A stretch of 64,000 bases of DNA from Pseudomonadota bacterium (lineage in GTDB: Bacteria > Chloroflexota > Ktedonobacteria > Ktedonobacterales > JADMIN01): contig JAJPIU010000192.1 in assembly GCA_021324535.1 (NCBI GenBank), positions 82 to 64,081 on the forward strand. Reading direction: 5' to 3'. A program made the translations under genes and the position numbers. Numbering within the stretch: position 1 is the stretch's first letter; every line of letters starts with the position of its first letter. The notes beneath the pieces were generated by a model. It ran no database searches. It worked only from the letters and a program-made list of their open reading frames with translations, and was not told the origin of the DNA. Shown in pieces: positions 17,661 to 26,476 of this stretch.

Positions 17661-19226
17661 ATGGGCAAACATATGGCTTGGAATCTCCGGTGGCGCATCA
17701 GGTTGATTGGCATAGTGGACAGAATAGCGATCATGATGGTGGGCGCGCTTGCCATCGGATTCGCGCTGCTCTCCCCCGCTTTGGCGCTAGCTCAGCATAC
17801 CCACTCGGCGCATGGAGCAACCACCAGCAAGATCGCGTGGCTGGCCTTTGATGGCGGCGGCGCACGATCCGGCGCGAACTACGCGGAGGGCGCAATAACT
17901 CCTAGCACGGTAAGCCACCTCACACAGTTCTGGCATGTCACGTTGCCCGCCGTCGTTGACGGTTCACCCGTCGAGCAGCCAAACGTCGTCATCAATGGCG
18001 TCTCGCATGACATGCTTTTCGTGACGACAACAACAGGCAGCCTGCTGGCGATTGACGCGCAGAGTGGGAACATCCTCTGGCGAGCCGATCATCCCGCTGG
18101 TTCGTGCATGATCAACAACGGCTCGACGCCCTGTTATACCACCAGCTCGCCCGCAATTGATCCCAACGGGCAGTATGTCTATACCTACGGGCTGGACGGC
18201 TACGCTCACAAGCATGTGATCACCACTGGCGCCGAGATAACGACAGGCGGCTGGCCGGAGCTGATCACGCTCAAGCCCTACGACGAAAAGGGCAGTTCAT
18301 CACTGAACATTGGCGACGGGTATCTCTATGTGACGACGGCTGGGTATCCGGGCGATCATGGGAACTACCAGGGGCATGTCGTCACGATCAACCTGGCGAC
18401 CGGCGCACAGACCGTCTTCAACGCCATCTGCACCAATCAGCCGGTTCACTTCGTGGAGCATGGCTCGCCCGACTGCGACACCACACGCGCGGCGATCTGG
18501 GCGCGGGCTGGCGCGGTAATCGATCCGGTGCTGAATGGCATCCTGATGGCGACCGGCAACGGCGACTTCGATGGCGTTGGGCACGACTACGGCGACAGTG
18601 TGATCCGCTTGAACCTCAACGGAACAGGCGCCAACGGGTATCCGCTGGATAGCTACACGCCGAGCGATTTCCAGCAACTTGAGGATGGTGATCTTGATCT
18701 TGGCAGTTCCGCTCCCGCGCTTTTGGTACAGCAGCAAGGCAGCCGCACACCGTTTATGGCCTTCCAGATCGGCAAAGACGGTGTGGCACGGCTAATCAAC
18801 CGGCAGAACCTCTCCGGGCGGGGCGGCCCAGCGCACTACGGCGGCGAGGTCTATCACCTCGATCTTTCGCAGTATGGTGAGGTACTGACGCAACCCGTCG
18901 CCTGGCTCAACCGTGACCACACGCAATGGATATTCGTCGCCAACGATAGCGGGCTGACGGCGCTAACGGTCAGCACAAACAAGTATGGCTATAGCTCGCT
19001 GAACGTGGTCTACCACAATAGCGACAGCGGCTCATCGCCGTTCTTCGCTGGCGGCTTGCTCTATGTGCAGGGCAATGGCATTTTACGGGCGCTGATTCCC
19101 ACCACAGGCCAGCAAATGTGGAGCGCGCCGGTCGGCTCATTGCACTGGCAAAGCCCCATCGTGGTGAATGGTATGGTCTTCACCACCGATAACGACGGCG
19201 GGATGTATGCGTTCCACTTAGGGTAA
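17661..19226 (+). CDS. secreted PQQ-like / BamB-like beta-propeller repeat protein
   Basis: Signal-peptide-like N-terminus (..LSPALALAQH). Recurrent motifs such as LLAIDAQSGNILW and GGLLYV..GILRALIPTTGQQMW are typical of PQQ-type propeller blades. Confidence 0.7.
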   Translation: MGKHMAWNLRWRIRLIGIVDRIAIMMVGALAIGFALLSPALALAQHTHSAHGATTSKIAWLAFDGGGARSGANYAEGAITPSTVSHLTQFWHVTLPAVVDGSPVEQPNVVINGVSHDMLFVTTTTGSLLAIDAQSGNILWRADHPAGSCMINNGSTPCYTTSSPAIDPNGQYVYTYGLDGYAHKHVITTGAEITTGGWPELITLKPYDEKGSSSLNIGDGYLYVTTAGYPGDHGNYQGHVVTINLATGAQTVFNAICTNQPVHFVEHGSPDCDTTRAAIWARAGAVIDPVLNGILMATGNGDFDGVGHDYGDSVIRLNLNGTGANGYPLDSYTPSDFQQLEDGDLDLGSSAPALLVQQQGSRTPFMAFQIGKDGVARLINRQNLSGRGGPAHYGGEVYHLDLSQYGEVLTQPVAWLNRDHTQWIFVANDSGLTALTVSTNKYGYSSLNVVYHNSDSGSSPFFAGGLLYVQGNGILRALIPTTGQQMWSAPVGSLHWQSPIVVNGMVFTTDNDGGMYAFHLG

Positions 19227-19247
19227 GCTGCGCCAGAGGGGATAACG

Positions 19248-19290
19248 GGAATACATCCTTCAGGCCGACATCCCCTGGAGGATGTATTCC
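19248..19290. terminator. perfect 12-bp inverted repeat (GGAATACATCCT / AGGATGTATTCC) at a convergent gene junction
   Basis: Arms at 19248-19259 and 19279-19290 with a 19-nt loop that contains the stop of the minus-strand ORF. No U-tract on either side, so terminator function is uncertain. Confidence 0.4.
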
Positions 19291-19757
19291 ACCTCGGCGG
19301 CCATAATCAGCGATTGGATTTGCTTGCGCGCGTTCTCTGCCGTCTGGGGTTGGGCGAACGTCAGCCGCGAGAGCAGCCGTAGCGCCCTGGGCAGCGCGCC
19401 ACTCGCCATCAGAAACTTCTCATACGCAATGCCGTCGAGCGCGAGGGCGGAACAAATTGGCACGATAAACACCTGCTGCGCGGCGCCTTGCTCCTGGGTT
19501 GCGAAGCCGCGTCCCACCGGACGAACCACCATCCAGACGGCGCGTTCGCCTGTCGCTGGCCGACGCGCGCGTGTCGCCAACGGTTGCGCCTCCTGCGCGA
19601 CGGCGCCCCTGGCAGCGCGTAGCGTATGCCGCGCTGCGTTGTGTGGCAGGGCGCGGCGAAACACCAGCGTATATTCGGTGACGCCAAACTTTTCCGACAT
19701 CATGCCCATATGTTTCATCCGATCCCGACGCCCACACCACAGCATCACAAGCATCAC
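19260..19757 (-). CDS. hypothetical protein (about 145-165 aa)
   Basis: Very high GC3 in this frame (checked codon by codon over the 3' half). No motif recognised. The start is probably one of the internal ATGs (MGMMSEKFG). Confidence 0.55.
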   Translation of the reverse strand: MMLVMLWCGRRDRMKHMGMMSEKFGVTEYTLVFRRALPHNAARHTLRAARGAVAQEAQPLATRARRPATGERAVWMVVRPVGRGFATQEQGAAQQVFIVPICSALALDGIAYEKFLMASGALPRALRLLSRLTFAQPQTAENARKQIQSLIMAAEVEYILQGMSA

Positions 19758-20079
19758 ACCACACGACTTTGGTCTACATGCTAAAGAGACGATAGCTGGC
19801 GGCTTCGTGTTCCCCTACTGGCGTAGACGAGACATGCCAGAGGGGGTAACAACGTTGCGGCGTGACGCGCTACGTATCTCGTTGAGCCACTGCCTGAGCC
19901 ACTGGCAAGATTCCCTGCAGCATGCGATACTTCGCTCTAGCTAGTACGTCTGTGAAGCGTCTTTGGCGCCAGTGGGTACCCATTCGGGCGAATGGCGTCA
20001 CTTTGCTTCCCCTTGCGCGCCATACAATGAGAACGAACCGTTAGAGAGCAAGCAAAACACGCAGGAGCAGGAGCGCCCC

Positions 20080-21270
20080 ATGGCAGCCAGGACACGCACA
20101 TCCCACGCAACGGCAAATCACATACGCATTCAATCAGTCGCTCAGGCGGACTCATTGCAGGCGCCCCTCTGGGAGCTTGTCGGCCAGGCCCCAACAACAG
20201 GAGAACATGCTCCGGCGGGGGCAAGCGGCGATATTCGCATCGAGCGGCTGATCTTGCACCACCTCGACAACCGCGCCAACTCGATGGAGCTGGTAGATGA
20301 GATCGCACAGCTCGACGAGCGCAGCACGCTTTTCTTCGCCAGCCACATTCTTGCGGCGGCGCGCCGGGCTGATTGGTTTGCCCACTTTTGCACGCCCGAT
20401 TGCGAGGTGGCCTCACTCTGTCGGCAATTGATCGTCGCCGAGGCATTTGTCGCCACATCGCAAACGCTGGCGCGTCGGCTCTTCGCGCAGATGCGCCAGC
20501 ACGCGCGCATCACCCCTGGCGACTTCGTGGCGATTGTCTATACCGCCGACGGACGCCCACACCAGCATATCGCCTTGCTCAAACTCGACCTCGATCAGGA
20601 ACGGCTCATCCGCACGTTTGAGCATGCGGACGGCCATACCCGTGTGACGATCACCACCGCCGGGAATCTGCTGCCGGAGACCGTCAAGCTGCAAAAATGC
20701 GCGCTGCTCACGGCAGGCCAGAACGGACAGGATGAAAGCGGCTTTGCGATCACCCTGCTGGACAATCAGGCTGGCCCACACTCAGAAGGCGTCGCGCAAT
20801 TTTTCTATCGCGACTTCCTGATGGCGCTGCTGAGGCCCTCCGCACGCCGCTATACCCGGCTCTTCCTGGCTGGCAGCGACGCCTGGATGGCGGGCGCTAG
20901 CGCCGATCTCTCGCCCAGTGACATCCTATCGTTTTACCGTGTGCGTCGGGCTGTGCTGATGGGTGAGACAGTGGATGTGACGGCGTTCGCCAGCACAGCG
21001 CTACCCAACCATCCAGAGATGCAAGATTCCCTGCGTAAGGCGCTTATCAACGCCCTTTTCGACGCCAGGCAGCCCCCAATCTTCCCAGTTGATCGCGCCG
21101 TCGCCGATCCGATCATCCAGACGGTCACGCTCGAACTCGATGGCAGACTGACCCTCAAAGTGGATGCGCGGCTCTTCGCGTCGCTCGTGCGGGTCGCCGA
21201 GCAGCGCACTGGCGAGAATGCCTTCCATCTGGAGATTGATACGCTGACCATGCGGGAGGTGACGCGGTGA
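20080..21270 (+). CDS. NdpA/YejK-like (37-kDa nucleoid-associated protein family) protein
   Basis: IERLILHHLD at the N-terminus, plus GDFVAIVY..HIALLKLD, LQKCALL and AQFFYRDFL spaced as in the NA37 family. -10 TACAAT at 20023-20028; SD GGAGCAGGAG before ATG 20080. The ORF is open from 19963. Confidence 0.6.
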   Translation: MAARTRTSHATANHIRIQSVAQADSLQAPLWELVGQAPTTGEHAPAGASGDIRIERLILHHLDNRANSMELVDEIAQLDERSTLFFASHILAAARRADWFAHFCTPDCEVASLCRQLIVAEAFVATSQTLARRLFAQMRQHARITPGDFVAIVYTADGRPHQHIALLKLDLDQERLIRTFEHADGHTRVTITTAGNLLPETVKLQKCALLTAGQNGQDESGFAITLLDNQAGPHSEGVAQFFYRDFLMALLRPSARRYTRLFLAGSDAWMAGASADLSPSDILSFYRVRRAVLMGETVDVTAFASTALPNHPEMQDSLRKALINALFDARQPPIFPVDRAVADPIIQTVTLELDGRLTLKVDARLFASLVRVAEQRTGENAFHLEIDTLTMREVTR

Positions 21271-23192
21271 GCGAACATGCCGGACAGGCAGGCCAGCAAC
21301 GGCGCAAAGAGAGCGCGTATGGACGAAGGCGTCCGCGCCATCCGCTTCCGGCGGATACGTTGGCTCCTGAGATGTCGCTTGCGCCCGGTGGCAATGGCGC
21401 ACACACAGGCGCACACCCACACAGTCAACCAGATCAGCCTCGCCATGGGCCAGTCGAAGCGCCGATAGCGAGCGGGGCGCCCAGCCAGCAATCATCCGAA
21501 TTGACCGCGCAACAGACATGCGTGCAGCGGCTACGTGCATTTGGCGAGACGGTTGCGCAGATTGGCGACGGGCTGGGGCTAACAGCGGAGCGGCTTGCTG
21601 CTGGTGAATCGCCGGATCGTCTGGAACTTACGGCCACGCTGGCAATTGATGATCTGCTCGACCGTAGCGATACGCTGTTAGGGCAGGTAGACAACTGGTT
21701 TACCACGCTTGGCGACGACCTCGCGCTCGATCTCGAACTGACCGGACTCGATCCCGACGCAGCGTCCGTCACAGCCGCCCTGCGCGCAGGACGTTCCATA
21801 CGCGCGGCGCTGGCTGCCTTCGTCTCAGAGGCGCACACCATCGCCGAGACGCAAGGGCCGGATGTGGGCGTTGACCTGCGCCTGACGATTGGCAAGACGC
21901 TGGCGCTTGCCGAAACCAGGGCGCTCTCTGCAAGCCGCCCTGAATGGTTGGGCCAACCGGAGGCGCTGGCACTGACGACATGCGCGGTGTTTTACCATGT
22001 GGCGGCGTGGAACCGACTGATTGCGCTGGGGACAATTCCGCTATGGGAGCGGCGAGGATTGGCACGCATAGATGGTCGCGCTTTCGTCGTTGTCTGCGAT
22101 GCGCCCGGCTATCTGGCGGGCGTGGCGCTCGAAGTGATTGGCGCGGATGACGCACAGCCAATGGCGCAGGCGATCCCCTGGCTGACCATCTCACGGGCGG
22201 CGTGGCGGCGCTTTGTGGAGCGCGACATGCAGATGCGGCGGTTGCGCGCTGAGGAAGGAAACTGGGCTGGCGCGCCCCACGCGCTCACCTCCGAACGGCT
22301 GCATGCGCACCTACGACGACCTGGGTTGGAGACGACCGCGCAACGGCTGGCGACCATGCAGGCCGGTCTTGCGGCAGCCTACCTGGCGAATAGCGTCGAG
22401 GGGACATTCGATAGCGAGGCACTGACGCTGCGCTTCGCAGGGGCGCGGCCCGCCATATGCAAGCTGCCACTGCGATTGGGCGCTGATACAGATATGAGCG
22501 CCTTGAGCGAAGGCGCACTGGCGCATCTAGCGGCCTGGGCCTATCGCGATGGCGTACCGGATAAACTGGCGATTGCGCGAGAATGTCTGGGTGCGGAACT
22601 CAGCGCTGGCGCACAGGTCACGCTGGCCCAGCTCGAGCAGGTGGCTCCCCAGGCGTTGGAAGCAGCCAAAGCCAACTTCACGCTCTATATCCGTCACAAC
22701 ACCGCGCAGTATTTTACCTTGCGGGCGGCGGCGCAAGACGCTGTAGCGACCTATAGTGAAACCGTTCGCAAGGCTGTGAGTGACTTGACTGGCGATGTGG
22801 TGGATAACACCTATCGCACGCTTGGCCTGCTCGTCGCGGCGGTCATCGCCGATCTGCTCGAGCCATCCGTCTCGCTCGTGCTGCTGCGTATTGCGCTGGT
22901 GATCTCCGTCGCCTATATCGCGCTCCTGATCGGCGTGGTGTTACGCGCTCGCTGGGATCGCTTCACGCTGGAAAAGGCCGCGCTACGCGAACGGCTCGAC
23001 AACATGCCCGAACTGACCGCTACCGAGCGGGGACGCCTGCTTCAGCCGACCGAACAGGCCGACGCGCACTTCCGGCGCTACTTCCGGCAAAGCGTGATGG
23101 TCTATAGCGCGCTTGGCGCATTGGGTGCGCTGGCGTTTATCCTGTTGTGGACACCCCTCGCCAGCGGATTGATCGGCGCCGCGCACAAGTAA
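21267..23192 (+). CDS. orphan 641-aa protein with a C-terminal three-helix membrane anchor
   Basis: Its GTG overlaps the upstream TGA (GTGA at 21267-21270), with GGGAGG 8 nt upstream. Low-complexity N-terminus and an Ala/Leu-rich body. Hydrophobic helices lie in the last roughly 130 residues (about nt 22800-23192). No family recognised. Confidence 0.6.
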   Translation: MSEHAGQAGQQRRKESAYGRRRPRHPLPADTLAPEMSLAPGGNGAHTGAHPHSQPDQPRHGPVEAPIASGAPSQQSSELTAQQTCVQRLRAFGETVAQIGDGLGLTAERLAAGESPDRLELTATLAIDDLLDRSDTLLGQVDNWFTTLGDDLALDLELTGLDPDAASVTAALRAGRSIRAALAAFVSEAHTIAETQGPDVGVDLRLTIGKTLALAETRALSASRPEWLGQPEALALTTCAVFYHVAAWNRLIALGTIPLWERRGLARIDGRAFVVVCDAPGYLAGVALEVIGADDAQPMAQAIPWLTISRAAWRRFVERDMQMRRLRAEEGNWAGAPHALTSERLHAHLRRPGLETTAQRLATMQAGLAAAYLANSVEGTFDSEALTLRFAGARPAICKLPLRLGADTDMSALSEGALAHLAAWAYRDGVPDKLAIARECLGAELSAGAQVTLAQLEQVAPQALEAAKANFTLYIRHNTAQYFTLRAAAQDAVATYSETVRKAVSDLTGDVVDNTYRTLGLLVAAVIADLLEPSVSLVLLRIALVISVAYIALLIGVVLRARWDRFTLEKAALRERLDNMPELTATERGRLLQPTEQADAHFRRYFRQSVMVYSALGALGALAFILLWTPLASGLIGAAHK

Positions 23193-23215
23193 CACCACAA
23201 CCAACAACGCACGCA

Positions 23216-24028
23216 TTACCCCTGAAGCCTATAGAGCATCTGACCGGCCTGACGAAGAACTTCGACCACATACCCCACAATACTCGCGTCGAAGATCCAG
23301 AAGCCGCGATACATGCGCGCCGTCTGGGTTGGCGCCCAGATGTCTCCCCCGGTATGCTGGGCGACCAGCGCCGTGCTCAACTGTGGGGTATCCACCACGA
23401 CAAACCAAAACCATTCGAGTTGTGTAGTCGAGGGCGGCGTGATGGCAAAACGAATGAAGCGGGGATGTCTAAGCGCCGCAACAGGTGAACCGGGCGCGAC
23501 ATCATCAATCCCATAGACGAGCACATGGCGCGCCTCCTGAAGCAATGCCTGATAGCGCGGCAGCTGTGGCCGGAGCAACGCTAACCGCTGAAAGCCTGCG
23601 TACACCTCACACGGTAGCCTCCGTGTGATCACCTGCTCTTCAATTGCGTGGCTGATCACATTCATCAAGTGGACATTCGTGTAGAAGTAGACGTCCTGCT
23701 CAGCGAAACGAGCACCTTTACGCATATCCTCGGCGCGTCGGCGGAGTGGCTGTTCATCGGTCGCCTCCATCGTCGTCCGCCGAGCAGCCATGTGCGCAAT
23801 CAGGCGGCTCAACGCCCCACCAGGCGTCAGGTTCCCTGCTTCACCTGAGCTCATGGAAAACGTCGTCTGGTTATCCAAACTCTCGCCACCGATCCGGTTT
23901 GTTCTGTCGTCGTCGAGCCGCAACAAGCCTTCGCCAACGCTACGTCGCTGTGCAGAAGGCCAGCCTTCTATCTCATCACGGGCATACTCGTTCCATGTCG
24001 GGCCATTGAGATCACGAGAAGGGCGCAT
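23216..24028 (-). CDS. stand-alone DICT-like sensory domain protein
   Basis: The C-terminal 170 aa follow the DICT pattern: VYAGFQRL.., RYQALL.., VLVYGIDD, LEWFWFVVVDTPQLSTALVAQH and YRGFWIFD. There is no attached output domain. Confidence 0.5.
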   Translation of the reverse strand: MRPSRDLNGPTWNEYARDEIEGWPSAQRRSVGEGLLRLDDDRTNRIGGESLDNQTTFSMSSGEAGNLTPGGALSRLIAHMAARRTTMEATDEQPLRRRAEDMRKGARFAEQDVYFYTNVHLMNVISHAIEEQVITRRLPCEVYAGFQRLALLRPQLPRYQALLQEARHVLVYGIDDVAPGSPVAALRHPRFIRFAITPPSTTQLEWFWFVVVDTPQLSTALVAQHTGGDIWAPTQTARMYRGFWIFDASIVGYVVEVLRQAGQMLYRLQG

Positions 24029-24076
24029 GGGGTCGTAGTCTTTCTAGCGGATACTTTGACTGGACATTTTGACACT

Positions 24077-24109
24077 CCTCTCCCCTACAGACGGGAGAGG
24101 TTTGCTTTT
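24077..24109 (+). terminator. plus-strand terminator-like hairpin (CCTCTCCC-N8-GGGAGAGG followed by TTTGCTTTT) inside a divergent intergenic region
   Basis: 8-bp perfect stem at 24077-24084 / 24093-24100, followed by a T-rich tract. No plus-strand gene ends upstream. The next plus-strand start is 24422. Confidence 0.35.
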
Positions 24110-24246
24110 GTGAGCAAGCCGCTCCAACGCCGATCTACGCCAGCGACCAAGCTCTCTCTAGATGATAGCCTGGGAAAGAGAAGATACGCTACAAGATAGA
24201 CCATGTGGCCGGACAAAATACACCGGGCTGGACGCCACATAGCAAA

Positions 24247-24273
24247 CCTGCGTCACCTGCGTCACCTACGCCA
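24247..24273. repeat. 9-bp tandem repeat CCTGCGTCA x2 plus a diverged third unit
   Basis: Units at 24247-24255, 24256-24264 and 24265-24273 (CCTACGCCA). Confidence 0.8.
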
Positions 24274-24421
24274 TGCGCTGCCCGCTTGACGACCATGTTA
24301 TGCTGAGAATTGGTGATATTCTTTTCTCATTTGACAACACTTCAACGCGCCAGCGTCATCTTGCATCGTAGAAGAGCTTTTGTTGTTCGAGCCACTGCAT
24401 CAATGAAGGAAAGCACATCGC

Positions 24422-26476
24422 ATGGAACATCCAGAACGCCTGGGACATGGAGAACACGCTCACACAACCGACGCATCAGCCGATAGAACGGAACCTCAAC
24501 CTGAGCCTGAAGTAGAAGGAAAAACTCCCGAAACAGGCGAGTTCCCTCTGCGCCTTGCTACCAATCCGCGCTCGTCTGTCGTCCAGCCACGGCGAAAGCA
24601 GGCATATTTGGCGCGCCGCTGGTTGGCAATGGGCCTTGCGACGCTTGCCTTGCTGGCTCTGGCTATAGGAGTGATGGCGCGTCTGCCTCTACCTGTCAGC
24701 GCAGCGCATCTGGCAAACGCTCGCTATGGATCCAACTACCAGCAGATGGTCAATGCCGTAAAGGCGGCGCAGTGGCCTCAGCAAAAGAGCAACTGGTGTG
24801 GAGTTGCCTCCATTACCGCGATCATCCGCTACGAAGGCATCGGCGTCACCCAGGGCAGCATGAGCAGCTTCCTCGATAGCTCCGCAGCCGTGAGCACGTG
24901 GGGCACGCCCTCCAACGCGCCCGGCTACTATGGCCCTGGCTTCGCCGCAGACATCTCGCGCGACTTCGGCACCGATCCGCGCTCCCTCGCCGAAGGGCTT
25001 GCCAGCCAGACAGGCCATCCCTACCATCAATTCATTGACGAGATCAGCGCATACGACGCCACGTTGCATCTGGCGGTCGATATTGCCCGCTCGCAGCAAC
25101 CCATCACCGTCTTCGTGGATCACGCACTGCACTCAATTGTCATCTCAGGCGAGGAGGCGACCGCCAATCCCATCACCGATCCCGCCAGCGTGACCTCGTT
25201 CGAGGTCTGGGATCCAGGCTACCCCAACAACGGCATCCAGAATGCGCAGGAGGTCAACGTTTCGCTACACGACTGGCTGACCGAATCGATCTATTGGGGA
25301 GAACCCTATAGCGCCAACACCATTGGCTCGATCACATTCGACCCCAACCCGGCCGTCGGGCCATATACCAATGATCCCAGCCAGGACGAATACTTCAGCC
25401 TGTGGGTGGGACACTATGTGTATATCCGCCCCGACGCTACTACTGATCCATCGGCGTCGGTTGGCCCTGACTGGGCCTTTGATCAATATGACGCTCTGAT
25501 CGGCGGTGAACACGGCGAGGCGCCGTCGGGCTATCACGGGCAATACGCCTTTGCGCCCGTTGGAACCGTCACTACCGGCATTACCAGCATTGATGGCCCT
25601 GCCTTCTGGACATCCGCCGCCTATCTGCCCCCGCGCCCAAGCGCGCCATACGCCGCGCTTGCCTGGACGGACGCTACGCGCTCACACACCATCCATGTGA
25701 TGCTCTCGCTCGACGGCTTGCACTACAACTCAGAGAAAACGCTGAGCGAATCCTCATTGATACGCCCTGCCATCGTCGTCGCTTGGGTCAATGGCACAAC
25801 GGTCGTCACTATCGCCTGGACGGGGGGCAACAGCGCGCATAATCTCAACGTCTTGTACGATGTCTATGGCGCGCTGGGTTCGCCCCACAAGCTGATCCTG
25901 CCGCAGTCGAGCCTCAATCCCCCGTCGCTCACCATCTTCCAGGGGAAGTATTTCATCGGCTGGACGGCGGCTGACAATCATCACACGCTGCATGTGATGT
26001 CGCTTGGCGCCAACGCGACCACACCAGGCGCCGACATCGCGCTCACCTCCGATCCCGGCGCTGGCAACGGCCCCACCTTGCAACTCGATAACCCCGATCA
26101 CATGCTCTTGCTTGTCTGGCAGCAATCCGGCAGCCAATATGTGACCATTCTCAAGTCGTCGAATGGGACGACCTGGCAGGGATCGGCGAACCCGCCAGGG
26201 CAGCGGAGCTTCCAGACGCCGCACACCATCGTGATCAACGGCGCGCCAGCCAACATGCCAGGCTACTATCTGACATGGACAAGTTCAAGCGACAATCATA
26301 CCGTCTATGCCATGAACAGCTTCGGGCTGAATGGCTGGCCCGGCCCCGCTGAGCAGTTGACTGGCTATGCGCTTGGCGGGCCAGAGATTGGCTACGTCGG
26401 CCATCACTACCAGGTCATCATTGCCTGGACGGACGCACGCACCAGCCAGATCACCTTTAGCGTCTATCAAGTATAG
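24422..26476 (+). CDS. membrane-anchored or secreted protein: papain/C39-like cysteine-peptidase-type domain plus a roughly 50-residue repeat (propeller-like) C-terminal domain
   Basis: TM/signal anchor at residues about 66-86. Candidate catalytic triad: NWC(126)GVAS, FVDH(234)ALH and VWDPG. Six W-centred strands (LAWTD, IAWTG, IGWTA, LVWQQ, LTWTS, IAWTD) recur every 48-53 residues from residue about 410 to the C-terminus. Confidence 0.6.
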   Translation: MEHPERLGHGEHAHTTDASADRTEPQPEPEVEGKTPETGEFPLRLATNPRSSVVQPRRKQAYLARRWLAMGLATLALLALAIGVMARLPLPVSAAHLANARYGSNYQQMVNAVKAAQWPQQKSNWCGVASITAIIRYEGIGVTQGSMSSFLDSSAAVSTWGTPSNAPGYYGPGFAADISRDFGTDPRSLAEGLASQTGHPYHQFIDEISAYDATLHLAVDIARSQQPITVFVDHALHSIVISGEEATANPITDPASVTSFEVWDPGYPNNGIQNAQEVNVSLHDWLTESIYWGEPYSANTIGSITFDPNPAVGPYTNDPSQDEYFSLWVGHYVYIRPDATTDPSASVGPDWAFDQYDALIGGEHGEAPSGYHGQYAFAPVGTVTTGITSIDGPAFWTSAAYLPPRPSAPYAALAWTDATRSHTIHVMLSLDGLHYNSEKTLSESSLIRPAIVVAWVNGTTVVTIAWTGGNSAHNLNVLYDVYGALGSPHKLILPQSSLNPPSLTIFQGKYFIGWTAADNHHTLHVMSLGANATTPGADIALTSDPGAGNGPTLQLDNPDHMLLLVWQQSGSQYVTILKSSNGTTWQGSANPPGQRSFQTPHTIVINGAPANMPGYYLTWTSSSDNHTVYAMNSFGLNGWPGPAEQLTGYALGGPEIGYVGHHYQVIIAWTDARTSQITFSVYQV

